Shown here: positions 50,358 to 64,000 of the stretch, one piece after another | Layout: each line of letters begins with the position of its first letter | How positions within the stretch are numbered: the stretch's first letter is position 1 | Assembly (NCBI GenBank): GCA_964016885.1 | Contig: OZ024741.1 | Coordinates: forward strand, 357,244,001 to 357,308,000 | Direction: 5' to 3' | Origin: Eledone cirrhosa | Taxonomy: Eukaryota | DNA: 64,000 bases | Notes under the pieces: generated by a model | Told to the model about the DNA's origin: nothing | Seen by the model: only the letters and a program-made list of their open reading frames with translations | Databases searched by the model: none | Position numbers and translations under genes: made by a program

Positions 50358-52049
50358 CTGCAGAAATAACGAGGAGCTGGGTTAGACTTGACTTAAAATC
50401 CAAGTCACCAGTTGAGGCAGTAGGGACTAGTGTTGCTCACTGACAATGCTTGGGTAGAGACAAGTCAGTTTCTACTTTTGTACACAAACATACACACTCG
50501 CATTTATAGAAAATAATTAAGATACACTTACTTAGATACTTATGTACAAAAAATACATTTTATTTAATGAGAACAAAAAAAAAACAAAAAAAACATGGAA
50601 ACAAAAATAATCAATTCTTAATAAAGTCCCCTTAAAATTTTGAAGAAATATTTATTTATGAAAAAGTATTTTTCTAAGTCTTTAGTAAATAAAGCATTGA
50701 TGACAAATGTAATCATTCATTAATGAAAACTGTATATAACCAAACCATAAATGACTATTAAATAACTGAAGAATTTTGTTGAAACAAATATTAATTAAAG
50801 TATCTTAATCAGATGCCAAAGCACTAAACTAACCTAAAATGGTTTTGAATTATTTAAAAAGCATGTTTCTGTGATTTACAAAAGAGAGAAAATTAATTAA
50901 TGATGAGTGTAGATTTATTAACAAATAACACGTAAAATATATATTAACGAGATTTATCATTTCATAATTGCCAACATATTCTAAATAGGATAATTTTGAT
51001 AATGTAACAAATATTGATTTCTAATTTAGACACAAGGCCAGCATATTTGAGGGAAGGACATAGTTGATTAAACCAACCCCAGTTCTTGACTGGTACTTTA
51101 TTTTATCTACCCCGGAAGGATGAAAGGCAAAGTTAACCTCAGCAAGATTTGAACTCAGAATGTAAAGAGCCAGAACAAATACCACAATAGCATTTTATCT
51201 GACACTCTACCGATTCTGACAATTCACCGCCCTCAAGAAAGAAAAATGTATTAAAATCTACTTGATATCAAACTAAGAAATGAGATGATTCTAATGTATA
51301 ACAAAAATGACAATTGTACGAGTAGAAGATAAGAAAAGAAGAATAAAGAATATATATATATGTATATGTGTGTGTGTGTGTGTGTGTATATATAAATGTA
51401 TAAATATGTATGTTAGAGAGGAAAAGAAAGATATACATATATATAAAAATGTACATAGATTTAAATACAACCCCCTCCCCCAGTCATAAATGACTCTGTG
51501 GCACAAGCCAAGGTAAGGTAATTTAATGGAAGACCAGCTGTCGCCCATGCATAACAGTCTTTCCTCTCCCTGCCACCAATGTTATCAAACGGAAAGGCCA
51601 ATACAGCTTGGCAACAGTGATGTGACAACTCATTTTTTCCAGCTGAGTAAACTGGAGTGACACGACATGAAATGTCTTGCTCAAGGACACAATGCACTAC
51701 CTGGTTTGAGAATAAAACTCACAACCTCACAATTATAAGCCTACTGCTCTACCCATATATAAATATAAAGATGTACAACAGATCTATAATGTGTGTGCAT
51801 GCTTACAGAATTATGTTCACAAATGCAGTCTGTCTTTCAGCAAGTTATTTTCTTTTACGCTATCTGTTTCTTTTTTTTTTGTTCATTTAAAGAGAGTTAC
51901 TTGGTCAATTTCATAATGAACTGATTGATGGTAGAAATAACATATTTTCCTATATACCTGAACCAAGAGACAACTAACTATATCAAACTAACATGGGTAA
52001 ATTAAACTTCTTCCCCTCTCCACCAGTTATATAGTTATATATATATATA

Positions 52050-52443
52050 TATCCTCTTAACCAAATATACACCCCAATCCACTACCCCTACCCTATCCTC
52101 CCACTCCCACCAACACCACCTTCTCTCTGTAAAGTTGGTACCACAACATCCAGTCCAAATAAATGAGATAATGAGATCGAGATTGTGTAGGTATCACGAG
52201 AAAAAAAAAAAAACAGTCCATGCTGTAATGTGGCCGTGTAGGTAACACGGTAAAAAGTTTCCAGTTCCACACTGTAAATGTGGTTAGTGTTAGGAAGGGC
52301 ATCCAGCTGTAGAAAACCCGCCAGATAGTCCTATGAGCGAGACACGGTCACCCGACCAACCTTGCCTCAAGTGGGACAACTCCCGTATAACCCATGCTAG
52401 CGTGGAAAATGGACGTTAAATGAAGATGATAATGATGATGATG
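52050..52443 (+). mobile_element. RTE-tail-type short element in the (TA)n of copy B
   Basis: 3' region similar to the reverse complement of 29018-29270; ends in acccatgctagcgtggaaaatggacgttaaatga(gat)n. Confidence 0.75.
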
Positions 52444-52891
52444 ATATATATATGCATTCAAATCAAAAGGGACAAAAACCGCCAGGGTGAAGTGAATACT
52501 GACTAAAGATAATACGGTTCACAAGCCTCAATTAAAAGGATAAATTAAGATTTACAAACTGATTATGATAACTGTCAACATCCAGACAGCTTTGGGTAGA
52601 ACTGTTTCACAAATCAGTGGAGAGAGAGCTAAAGATCCCATGCTTTTCAGTGGATGTTTGGATCAGTAAACACTCCACTACTAATTTGCTTAGAAGAGTA
52701 AACAATGTATGTTTGTTAAGAGAGAGAAATTGCACATGGTATCGCGTGCCTAGCGAGCCAAATAGAGCGTAAACTATTAGAAAATAACAGCCATGTCCAT
52801 TCAACATATTAAAAGCTCAACAAAAGCGTAGGAGCTCAATTTATCAAAAGTATATATTGAGTTAAAAACTCAAATTGATATATATATGGTA

Positions 52892-55419
52892 TAGATATTT
52901 TACTCAACGCCTACGACAGTAAAGAAGAACAGATACAGACATTTAATGTAGAAGAGAACTGGGAGTTCCTAAAAAATAATTTACTAGAGGCGACGGATGA
53001 GGTCTGTGGCTGGAGTAAGACCTCAAGCAGGAGGAGAGTGACTTGGTGGTGGAACAATAAGGTAGATGAAGCAGTTAAGGCCAAGAGACAGGCATGGAAA
53101 GAATGGAAGAACAGGGGGAACAGGGTACATTACATAGAGACCAAGAGGGAAGCTAGGCGACAAGTATACTTAGCTAGGAGGGCAGCAGAGGATAGAAAAT
53201 TCAAGCATGTTTTGCAACGTGAGGACCAGAAACAGGAGGTATTCAAGATTGCGAGGCAGTGATTCAGAGATAGTTGTGATGTCATTGGAGAGAAGTGTAT
53301 CCGGAATGATAAAGGTGAGCTTGCCCTCACAAGTGCTGAGAAGAAAGATGCATGGAAGAGTCATTATGATAGATTACTAAATGAGGAGAATGCATGGGAA
53401 GAAGAGACCCTACCCCAAGTAGACCCTATAGAGGGGCCAGCAGTACAAGTCAGCAGCAACGTAGTAAGTAAGGCAATCAAAGATATGAAGATGGGGAAGG
53501 CATCCGGTCCATCGGGTATAGCTGCCGAGATGCTGAAGGCATCTGGGTCTGTAGGTCACACTATAACCACACGTATTGTTAACCAGGTAATACTAGATGT
53601 CATACCAAAAGATTGGTGCAGTAGCATCATTGTCAACTGCTACAAAGGTAAAGGTGATGCACTAGATAGAGGAAACTATAGAGGTATAAAGTTGATGGAC
53701 CAGGTCATGAAAGTAACAGAAAGAGTTATAGCACAGTTGATTAGGAACCGGGTGGAAATAGACGAGATGCAATTTGGGTTTGTACCAGGAAGAGGCACCA
53801 CTGATGCCCTCTTCCTTGTGAGGCAATTACAGGAACAGTACCTAGCTAAAAGTAAGGCACTCTACTTGGCATTTGTCGACCTTGAGAAAGCCTTTGACAG
53901 AGTTCCACGTGCTGTAATCTGGTGGGCTCTTAGAAAACTAGGAGTAGATGAATGGCTTGTGAAAGCTGTACAAGCCATGTATAGGGGAGCAGCCAGCAAA
54001 GTTAGGATTAGCAATGCGTATAGCGAGGAATTTAGCGTACAGGTTGGGGTCCAACAGGGCTCTGTTCTTAGTCCTCTCCTGTTCATCATAGTCCTGCAGG
54101 CAATAACGGAGGAGTTTAAGACCGGATGCCCATGGGAACTCCTGTATGCTGATGACCTCGCACTCATAGCTGAATCTATGGTAGAACTAGAGAATAAATT
54201 CCAAACTTGGAAGCAGGGACTAGAAAGAAAGGGTCTCAAAGTCAACATGACAAAGACTAAGGTCCTTGTAAGTAGACGAGAAAACAGAACCCAGATCCCC
54301 TCAGGGAAATGGCCTTGCTCAGTATGTAGGAAAGGTGTAGGTAGGAACTCCATTCTCTGCCCCCCCCCCCCCCCCTGCAAACAATGGGTACACAAGAGAT
54401 GTAGCGGGATCTCAGGAAGCTTAATTAAGAATGTAGGCTTCACATGCAGCAGCTGTGCTGGGACAGCAAGCAGCAAACAGCCACAGGAAACAAGTACCAC
54501 CAATCTCTGGGAGGGCTCTGTAGAAACAGTAGACAGCTTCTGCTACTTAGGTGACCGAATTAGCAGTGGAGGTGGGTGTTCAGAAAGTACAATAACTAGG
54601 GTAAGAACGGGATGGAAGAAGTTTAGGGAACTACTACCACTGCTAGCTGCAAAAGGCTTCTCCCTCAGAATGAAAGGCAGACTGTATGATGCTTGTATCC
54701 GAACAGCAATGTTGCATGGTAGTGAAACCTGGGCGCTGAAGGTGGAAGACTTACGTAGATTAGAGAGAAATGAAGCCTGGATTCTCCGATGGATGTGTAA
54801 CAGTAACATACGTGAACGACAAAGCATAAATGAATTGACAGAGAGACTGAGCATAAGAGGAATCAAATGCTGCGTGCAGGAGAGGCGGTTGCGCTGGTAT
54901 GGACATGTGATGCGTATGAAGGATGACAGCTGCATAAAAAGGTGCAGAGCACTAGAAGTTGATGGAAACCGCGGAGTGGGGAGACCCAAGATGACCTGGG
55001 ATGAGGTGATAAAAGCCGACCTTACCCAATTACACCTCTCAAACGCAATGACACACGACCGTGACTTCTGGCGTCACGCAGTAATACAGAGTACCCGACC
55101 TCCCATGGGTACAAGCTGAAGCATATAGACAATATGCCCCCACACCCCCCACCGCAAGGTGGTCGTGGAGGTGCCACGGAAAAATAGCACCCAGCCCACA
55201 TTGTAAAGTGGACGTGTAAGCGCCACGAAAAAGCACCCAGCACTCACTGTAAATGAGGTTGGTGTTAGGAAGGGCATCCGACTGTAGAAATCAAGCCAAA
55301 TCAGTTCCTGTATGAGCAAGGCATGGTCAGCCGACCAGACACTACCCACAACAGAACAACCCGTCTAACCCATGCTAGCGTGGAAGAACGGACGTAAAAC
55401 GGTGATGATGATGATGATG
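52892..55419 (+). mobile_element. RTE-clade LINE, 5'-truncated, one premature stop, candidate 6-bp TSD ATGGTA
   Basis: ORFs 53038-53262 and 53485-55119 (RT, PHD). Near-identical to 14606-16595. atggta at 52886-52891 and 55420-55425. Confidence 0.95.
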
Positions 55420-56147
55420 ATGGTAATATTAGTGCATAAGAATGTGTACTCAATAATATAATAGAGATAAACAGTTTATTAAGGCTGATTCAGAGGCCTG
55501 TTACTCTGTGTTACAGTTGAAGTATTTAACTATCTGAAAAACCTGTAGCATTTAGGAGAAACTCCACATTAACAGGACATTGAGTCAGTATTAATAAACT
55601 ATATATTATAAAATGTAAATACACTTGCCAGGTCTCTCCATGGACACACAGGGGAACTAGGTATTTTATGTGTCTCAGGCTAACTCAGTAGGGGATCTTG
55701 CAGCAGCGTTGTGGACCAGAGAAACAATGTGCTGGCCTACACTGGTAGATATTCCTTGACATTTATCAATGTCTGCCCCTGCTGCTTGGGCAAGGTTTTT
55801 ATAGCTAGATGTTAACAACAATCACTTTACAGAGTGTACTTGATACATTTTATTGTAGGACCAGCACTAGAGCAGTTGTTTTTGTTTTTGATATCATGTG
55901 ACTGAAGACCCCTCTCAACTCTTTTGGTATAATTTCTACAACTAGGATGCACCTTCTAAAATCAACCACACACACATATTCATCATTTTAAAATTATGTA
56001 CATATACACCAGGAGGCCCAGAGGTAGATCATGAGCAAGATAACATCCATAAGGTCAGTTGATCCCACATGGGGGATCCAGTTGGATCATTTGGAGAGAG
56101 TTACTACTGATAGGGCCCTCTGGGAGATGTGTCTGAGGACTCTGTCC

Positions 56148-56303
56148 CAAGAAAAAGAAGAAAAAAAGAAAAAGAAAAAGAAAAAGAAAAAGAAAAAAAA
56201 GAAGAAAAAAAAAAGAAAAAGAAAAAGAAAAAGAAAAGAAGAAGAAGAAGAAGAAGAAGAAGAAGAAGAAGAAGAAGAAGAAGAAGAAGAAGAAGAAGAA
56301 GAA
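56148..56303. repeat. Polypurine (GAAAAA)n/(GAA)n tract
   Basis: About 155 bp of pure A/G on the + strand. Confidence 0.95.
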
Positions 56304-59300
56304 TGTATTTTAAAGGTAGCAAACGTTTGTTAGCTGAGAGGTCAAATGTTCCTACATGGAAAGAACTTGCAATAGACATAGATTTTAAGAAGAGATATTT
56401 TACAACTGTGCAAGTTGGGATGATATCACTCACATATCTCACTACGTCATACCAGGGGCATCGTTTTAGATATTCTACTGAAAGATCCTTATCTTAAATT
56501 AGAATCAATCAAAAAGCATTCTAATATCTAATCCTCTTCCTCCTCTTCTTCCTCATTTTTAAATGCACTTTTTCATGCTGGCATGTGTTGAATGAAGCCC
56601 TGTCTTGATGTAGGATTCTACTGTTAGTTGATCTTCCCGTCAGCAACCCATACTTGCTTTTTTGAATAAGGTACTGAGCCACTGAGCAATGGGATATATA
56701 GTTTATGCAGAACATAAACAAAGGTTATTCTCTGGCAGTGTCAAATGCAAAGTGAAGTGAATACAGAGAAACACATGTGTAAACACACACACACACACAC
56801 ACATACTTTCTGATACCAAGGAGTTAATGCTAATTCTATATTTTAACTGTAAATCTGCTTATTCAATGATTTAACATCTGAGAGAAAAATGTTTATTGTG
56901 CTTGAGTTAGAAGCTGCTATAGCTTGTGAGATTAGTTTCATAATTGCATAAATGTTGATTATAAAGAAGAAAAAATCAAATATAATATATTAAAACAAAC
57001 TTAAAAGAAGTGTGTGTGTGTGTGTGAGTGTAGGTGTGTCTAAACTTAAAAAAGAAATTCAACAAATTTGTTTAAAGAATGAAAACCATAGAGCCAGGAA
57101 AGATTTGATTATGACTGGTTTTCAAATTATTTATTGGAATGGAAATTACAGTTATAGAACAGGGAACAGAGGCATCAAAAATATACTATAACAAGTTGTA
57201 TCAGTAGAGGACAATGTTAAAAGTTGTGAAGGCAATAAAAAAACAAGAAAATGAAAATATATAATCTGCACAGCAGATAGTCATTGCATATTTTTTTCTG
57301 TAATGCCATCCACCAACTGAGAACTAAGCTGTTCTATTTACATTTGTTCAAATATTATTTAACCCATTTGATACCAAACTGCCTCTGGTTCTATACCAAG
57401 CTGTTTATTTTAAAGTGTTCATATTTAAATTTAAACCTTCCACCATAATTTTACCTCCATTAGCATTTAAACTGGCTGTTTCTGGCCAGAATTCTTCCCC
57501 CTTTTTTGAAACTGGCTGTAACTAGTAACTCACACTGATGTTAAAATATCATTCTTAAAATAAACAATAATATCATCAAACTCTCGTAGACTCAAGATTA
57601 TGTGAGATAAAGCTTTAATCATGAAAATACAATAGTAAATATAAATATAAATGCAAATGCTAATGAGAAGTTAGTTATATTACTAAATCCTCCAAATTCT
57701 TGATTATTTTCAAAATTATTTGAAAATTATAGGTAGTTTCTTTCATTAGCAATTTGGTAAAGAAAGGATTAAAGTGTTCATCATCTTCATTTAATGTCTA
57801 TTTTCCCTCCTAGCAAGGGTTGAATAGGTCTTCATAAACTGAATTAGTACTCAAGCAAATTTACTGACCTCTCAGATGAGCTGGGGGCCTGCATCTCACT
57901 TAGGTACAGTCCTGTACTCTACCAAGTGCATTTTATTGCAACACCAGCATGAGGAAGGTTGATGTCTTTGACATAAGTGACGGGCCCTCTTAACCATTTG
58001 TTTGGCAGGATTTCTATTGCTGGATGCCCTTATTATAAATAAACACTTTACAGCATGTACTGGGTGTATTTATCATGTAGATATGAACACTTTATCTAAA
58101 AACTAACCATCATAATTTTATTATCAAATTGGACTAAGGAAACAAGGTTTCCATTGATCTTTCCATTGCATATCAAGTTAAATAATGAGAAAATTAGTTA
58201 TATTACTAAATCCTTCCAAATTCTTGAGTAGTTTCCAAATCACAAGCAGTGTCTTTCATTGGAAATGTAGTAGAGAAAGAGTTAAAGTTATTTTAACTTC
58301 TAAGCTAATGCAGGTTTTGTTGCCCACATCCTCACTTTACTGTTTATAATGAGAATGGTTTAAACAGACAAAAGATGCAGAGTGGACAACATCAACAAAT
58401 CATACATTAGACAAGATTTGAACTGATGTAAATGAGTTGACAGTTTGCTTTATAATGGTTACAGAGAAATAAGCAACAACTACAAACAGTGCAAAGGAAG
58501 AAAGAGCAAGAAGAGTAGAAGAAATAGAGACAGAATGAGGGAGAGAAATATAGAGGGGGAAAGGAAGACAGAGAGGGAGAGTTGGAAAGAGAGAAAGAAA
58601 GAGAGAGAGAGAGAGAGAGTATAATATGGATAAGAAAATTGAAATAATAGCAAAAGTTAGCTTAAAACAACTCTGCATATAACATTTGGTGGAATAACTA
58701 TATACAAAATTAACGGAATGGAGACTAGAGGCAGTAGTAGTAGTAGTAGTAGTAGTAGTATATATATATATATATATAAGATTGTGATTGTTTTCAAAAT
58801 ACAATATATGCAAATATGTACAAAAGATAAAAAAATCGAAACAATGTTTATCGCAATACACATACATATTTTCACACACACACACACACACACACGGAAT
58901 CATATGATGATGATAGATCTGCCGTTGGTTTCGATGATGAGCACTCAATCGTTTGATGATTTGGGAGCTAACATGTAAGTGGTTGAGTATTCCACAGACA
59001 AGTGTACGCCTTAATATAATTGCAAAATGAACTTCTTGCATCCTGCATCCACATTGGCCTATATATGCATACACACATTCACACAAAAATAGATAGATAG
59101 AGAGGAATGAAGAATTCATGAGAAAGAAGCTGCAGTAAATATATTTTATTTCGCCAACAGATAAAAAAAATATCAAACTTTATTTTTCTTTTTAAATGGA
59201 TTTCTATTATTGAGAAATATGAAAATGAAGGGACTTTAGGACCAACCAGACATTATGAAAGTTTCCTTAATAACAAATATCCAAATACCAACAAGAAAGT

Positions 59301-60486
59301 AAAGAGGGCGCACTATATCAGTAATGACAAGAAAAGAGCTGTCTTGCTTTTCACTTATATTTTTCTTGTGATGCTAGTTTTTTCAGTGTTTTTTTTATAA
59401 AGACATGTAGAGCATCCATATATCTTACATTGAAAGCATGAAAGACAAAAGGTATTTAACATTCAGGCACTTAAAACAAAACTGCTTAAGAAATAAAACT
59501 TAATAACAGTTGTAAGGGAAGGAAGTACATATATATATATGCATACATACATATACACATATACATACACATTATCATAGAATACGTATGTGTATGTGTG
59601 AGTGTATATATATATATATATACACATGTATACATATACATTTACACACACATGTATACATATACATTTACACGCATACATATATATATATGCGTGTGTG
59701 TATGAAAGTTTGCTTTAAGGGAGCAAATACTAATTATAATTAATAATAGTAGTCTCGAAGTGAACATTGCACAACACCTCTGGCTAGAACATTATGTTGC
59801 AAAGGAAGAAACCTCGAAATAGTTGCAGACATGCTTGCCCCAGAAAAAATACATTTAGCCTGAAGCTAACAATATCACAGTATATTAAAATTTCCACCAC
59901 CCAACCCCTCTTCTTTCTTTAAAACAAGATTAAAAGGAAATACTTTTTTGATTGTAACTCAAAACGTTTTCAAAAAAGAAGATAGTGATCTAAAAGATTT
60001 ACGATTATCAAATACATAGAGTTTATTTGGAACCTTTGAACATGTGGTTATCACAACTGAAAACATTAATAACAACAATCAACAATAACAATGAGAAAAT
60101 GTTAAGAGAGTATCGGAGTTGTACTTGTCTGGCAAGTGACTTCAAATGAGATTGTGTTGAAACTAAAACAATCCCTGCATGGAAGAGTCATATAAGCCAT
60201 ATAAAACAAAAAAAACTGTTAACTTTACTTTATAAATATTATTTATTTCTTGGTGTTAAAATTTTCGCCACAGTTTGCGACTTTGTCATTGACATAGTTC
60301 CATTGCAATTTTATTGTGTTAAGAGGTCACAAACTGCAATGAAAATGTTGACACCAATAAAAATATAATATAAAGTAAAGTTAACAGTTTTTGTGTTTTT
60401 AACTTGCTAAAATTACTCTTCCCTGCAGCAATTGTGTTAAGATAATCACTGATGAGTAAAAGAAAGCTAAAGTTCTTCAACATATT

Positions 60487-60592
60487 ATAATAATGAATAT
60501 ACCAAAGACAATTAACCAGATATAATAATGGATATACCAAAGACAATTAACCAGATATTATTATAATGGATATAACAAAAACAATCAGCCAG
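60487..60592. repeat. Three tandem ~34-bp repeats
   Basis: taataatg(g/a)atataccaaagacaattaaccagata x3. Confidence 0.85.
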
Positions 60593-60945
60593 ACTTAAAC
60601 AGATCAAACAGCAGCAGACCTTGTTATCCAACTCATATGGGAGAAACAGACATTATTAATTTGACTTTTTAACAGTTTTAGATTTACAAATTAACAGAAA
60701 ATAGATTTTTTTTCTTCTTTCAGACAGAATCTCTATATATATCCATGTACATACACACTCTCACACATATATAAAGATAAAGAGATAGAAGGGAGAGAGA
60801 CTCCCACCACAAAAAAAGTAAAAGGGGGATTGAAAATTCCTGATTAATATAAACAAACAATTATAATCTATAACTGTTAATATTAGTATCAACAAATTCA
60901 GTATAAACAATAACAACAAAGTATTCTTTCTTCACATTATTGCAC

Positions 60946-61247
60946 ATAGTAATACACACTATATAATATATAATAATACACACTATATGATATATAGTAG
61001 TACACTATATATAATATATAGTAGTACACAGTATATAATGTACAGTAATACATGTTATATAGTAGTACACACTATTAATATACAATAGTATACATTATAT
61101 AATATATAACAGTATACATTGCATATAATATACAGTAATACACACTGTATAATATACAGTAGTACAAACTATATAATATATAGTAGTATATAATATATAA
61201 TAGTACATAGTATAAGGCATATAATACACACTGTATATAATATATAG
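60946..61247. repeat. Degenerate ~24-bp AT-rich minisatellite
   Basis: Unit similar to tagtaatacacactatataatata, about 12 copies. Confidence 0.85.
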
Positions 61248-63486
61248 CTATGTGGGGGATGAACTATCAAGTGAACTATTTACCAACTTAATTAAAAAAA
61301 AAAAAAAGTAAAGGAAGCAAGTCGATTGTCAGATCGAACCAAGGAAACCGTTTCCATTAGTCTTTCCATTGATGATACTATCTACTGGTTGCAACTCCTG
61401 GCAGAAGCATTACCACTTTTCCAATGACAGGAGACAAAATTTGAACTCAGAATGTATAGAGCTGGGACAGATACTTCAAAGTATCCTGTTTGACTCTAAT
61501 AATTCTGCCAATCCAGTGCCTCTGCTGGACTGGTACTTTGTTTATCAACACTGAGAGGATAAAAGGCAAAGTTGACTTCGGTGAGATTTGAACTCAGAAC
61601 GTAGTGATGTTTATTTGAATAATTAATAACTGGACAGTGAAAAGAGCTCCCATTACAGAGATTAAATAAAAAGAAAATATTTATTTTAATGGTCTAGTAT
61701 CATTAAAACTAACAAGATTGAATTAATTATATATATCTTCCTAAGAATCATAAGATGGAAGGATTCAATTTTACATGTAGATTATGAAAATAGGAATTTG
61801 ATTGCTTCATTGTAGTAACAGTAAGATTTATAAACCACAGGCTAAGACAAAGAAACAGAAATCTATATAGTAAGTTGAGATAAACTCATGTCAGTTCAAC
61901 ATAATTTTCAGACAGGGCCTTACTGAACTTTAGAAATCAAAAGTTTTTATTTAACTTTTTATCTACACCCACATTGAGTAAAATTTAAAAAGTCCTTTGA
62001 GCCTGCCAGAAACATCAATAGATTTTAAAGTTTATAGAACAAATGTAAGTTTATCTTATTTCAACTACTTTTTTAATTCTCTGGCAGTCAAATTTCTTGC
62101 TTCAAACAAGTCTTACATAACATTGTTCATATGTTATCTGTTGGTTTCGGAGGTGAGTGTCGGAAAAATCTGCTTGTGAAATTAACATGCAGTGGTTGAG
62201 CATTTCATAGTCACATAATACCCTTAATGTAATTGTCAGGCAGATTTAGTGTAACACAGTATCACAAAATTGGCCCTTTGAATTACAGTTCCTGACCACC
62301 CAATGGGCTTCCAAACAGTTTCCATTTAACCAATTTCAATCACAAGGTTTCAGTCAACCTAGGGCAATGGGTAAATGATACTTGCCCAAGATGCCATGCA
62401 GTGGGATCAAACTGAAGACCTTATGATTGCAAAGCGGACTTCTCAATCATTCGGCCACAAAGCATCTACACTTGATGGTATGAAAACCTCACTAAATACT
62501 CTCAGGTTTGCTAAATTTTACTTATTTTCATCATTTTTTTTGTTATTAAAAAATAAAGAAATGAATACATCAACTTACATAACATTATTAGTATTATGAA
62601 TATTAAAAAGGTAAAATTAATATTTTCTGCTAAATTTTTGTTTAATGTGTTTAAAACAATTCGAAAATTTGTCAAAAAATAAAGATCATTCTGTGATGTT
62701 CGAAATGTTGAGTGCATCAAGATGATTGCAGAAATAGTTTTGAACACTTATTATTGAAGTATAACATACTTAGTATATCTGTATAATGATGTATTTCTAT
62801 AAATATCACAGTAGGTGTGTTGGCTGGGAAAAATAGAATGGGGTAAATATATAAAACATTTCAACGAATAAAATAAGAGAGAGAGACAGAGAGAAATTCT
62901 ACAATACAAGACTGCTTGTTTTAAAACGGTTCTATTATAATCTAAATACCTTCCAACATAATTTTATGTAAGGACCTTTAAGTTATATTAGAAACCAGCT
63001 TAATAGATAATGAGAAAATTAGTTACTTTACTAAATCCCTCAAAATTCTTGATTGTTTTCAAAATTATTTGAATATCATAGGCAGTGTTTTTCATTAGAA
63101 ATAAGGTAACGAAAGGGTTAAAATAAGGATTTCTGAAGAAAACACCTACTAATCAGTAATTTCCTAATAATAGCAAGCATGTCAACAATAAGGAAGAGTT
63201 TCTAAAGATATTTAAAGTTAAAAAAAAAAAATAAACAACAAAATCATCACAATTTATGAATGAAGAAAAAGAAAATTATCCCCCCCCCCCCAAAAAAAAA
63301 ATTACTTGGAGGGGCACAAACAAATTATTCTATGTATCACTAGAGACAAAACATGAGTTCTGGATCCAAGTAACAATAACAATTAAAAAATATTTTTCCA
63401 TTTTTGACATATCCTATAGATGGATGATAACATGAAATTAATAACCCCAAATTTACAAATTGGAACCCCAGCAAAAAAGCAAAGAA

Positions 63487-63523
<37 letters not shown>

Positions 63524-63616
63524 TCAGCAAATATATCTATTACTACTACTGCTACTGTTGTGGAGAGTAGAAGAGGACAGAGGTGGGGGTGGGGAAGGAT
63601 GAAATGCAGAACGCAC

Positions 63617-63955
63617 CTGAACATCAGAGGTGAGTTTCTCTGGTGGTGAAATCGATAGTTTGTCATCATGAGTCATATTGACAGTGTTGGGATGGTAGCA
63701 GCCCAAAATCTCCCCAGGCTCTAATTGACGGTTTCGATGGTGGGTCTGCATAGTACCATACTCAGAAACTACGACCACATCACACGCCTTATTGTGACCA
63801 CTGTTCAATCCACTACTGCTGTTCACTGCCATCTTGTTGAGGTTCATATTTGGTATGCCAGTAGAGTGACCAGATGATGAAGAGCCAGTTATCATCTGAC
63901 CACTACTGGCCATCTGATGATGGTGGCCATGCTGTCGTTGATAATCATTCAGAAT
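63617..63955 (-). CDS. Internal coding exon of the - strand gene (low-complexity, S/H/N-rich)
   Basis: Acceptor ttttacttctttctgtctacag|ATT; donor CAG|GTGCGT. 339 nt, phase 0 to 0: ILNDYQRQHGHHHQMASSG...LSISPPEKLTSDVQ. Confidence 0.75.
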
Positions 63956-64000
63956 CTGTAGACAGAAAGAAGTAAAACAATACAAGTAGCCAGTTCCACT

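Larger units (their letters stand above)
49565..55766. repeat. Tandem segmental duplication, copy B (expanded by insertions)
   Basis: Same flanks as copy A, but different content between 52030 and 55420. Confidence 0.9.

Noticed and set aside
56031-56721. K/E/R-rich ORFs and a candidate exon at 56521-56721
   Set aside because: A polypurine microsatellite and a SINE/RTE-tail remnant; no convincing splice sites.

Overview
AT-rich, repeat-dense animal genomic DNA. The SINE families, the RTE and CR1 LINEs and the long (TA)n tracts resemble octopus (cephalopod) DNA; that assignment is an inference. (1) A six-exon + strand gene (CDS 6288-22065, 512 aa), mostly missed by the ORF track, has consistent splice phases throughout. 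It joins a divergent SIX-type N-terminal domain to a 63-aa TALE-type homeodomain with WFAN (Ala50), and it resembles vertebrate ANHX. (2) The 3' end of a - strand gene (exon 63617-63955 plus a terminal exon) carries a PIDLT CtBP-type motif and a Cabin1/class IIa HDAC-like MEF2-binding helix. Its terminal exon occurs twice in a ~3.5 kb tandem duplication that may be uncollapsed haplotypes. (3) Upstream of the homeobox gene is a cluster of long palindromes (1.6-5.6 kb), several carrying Penelope-type minimal hammerhead ribozyme cores. One has a complete core in both arms of a perfect 167-bp-arm palindrome. (4) Mobile DNA includes three long RTE LINEs with a PHD finger, three CR1-like copies, CRE-like and Merlin-like relics, TTAA/piggyBac-like MITEs, fold-back elements, many SINEs and a 51-bp hairpin minisatellite. 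All calls were made by eye; repeat boundaries are approximate.
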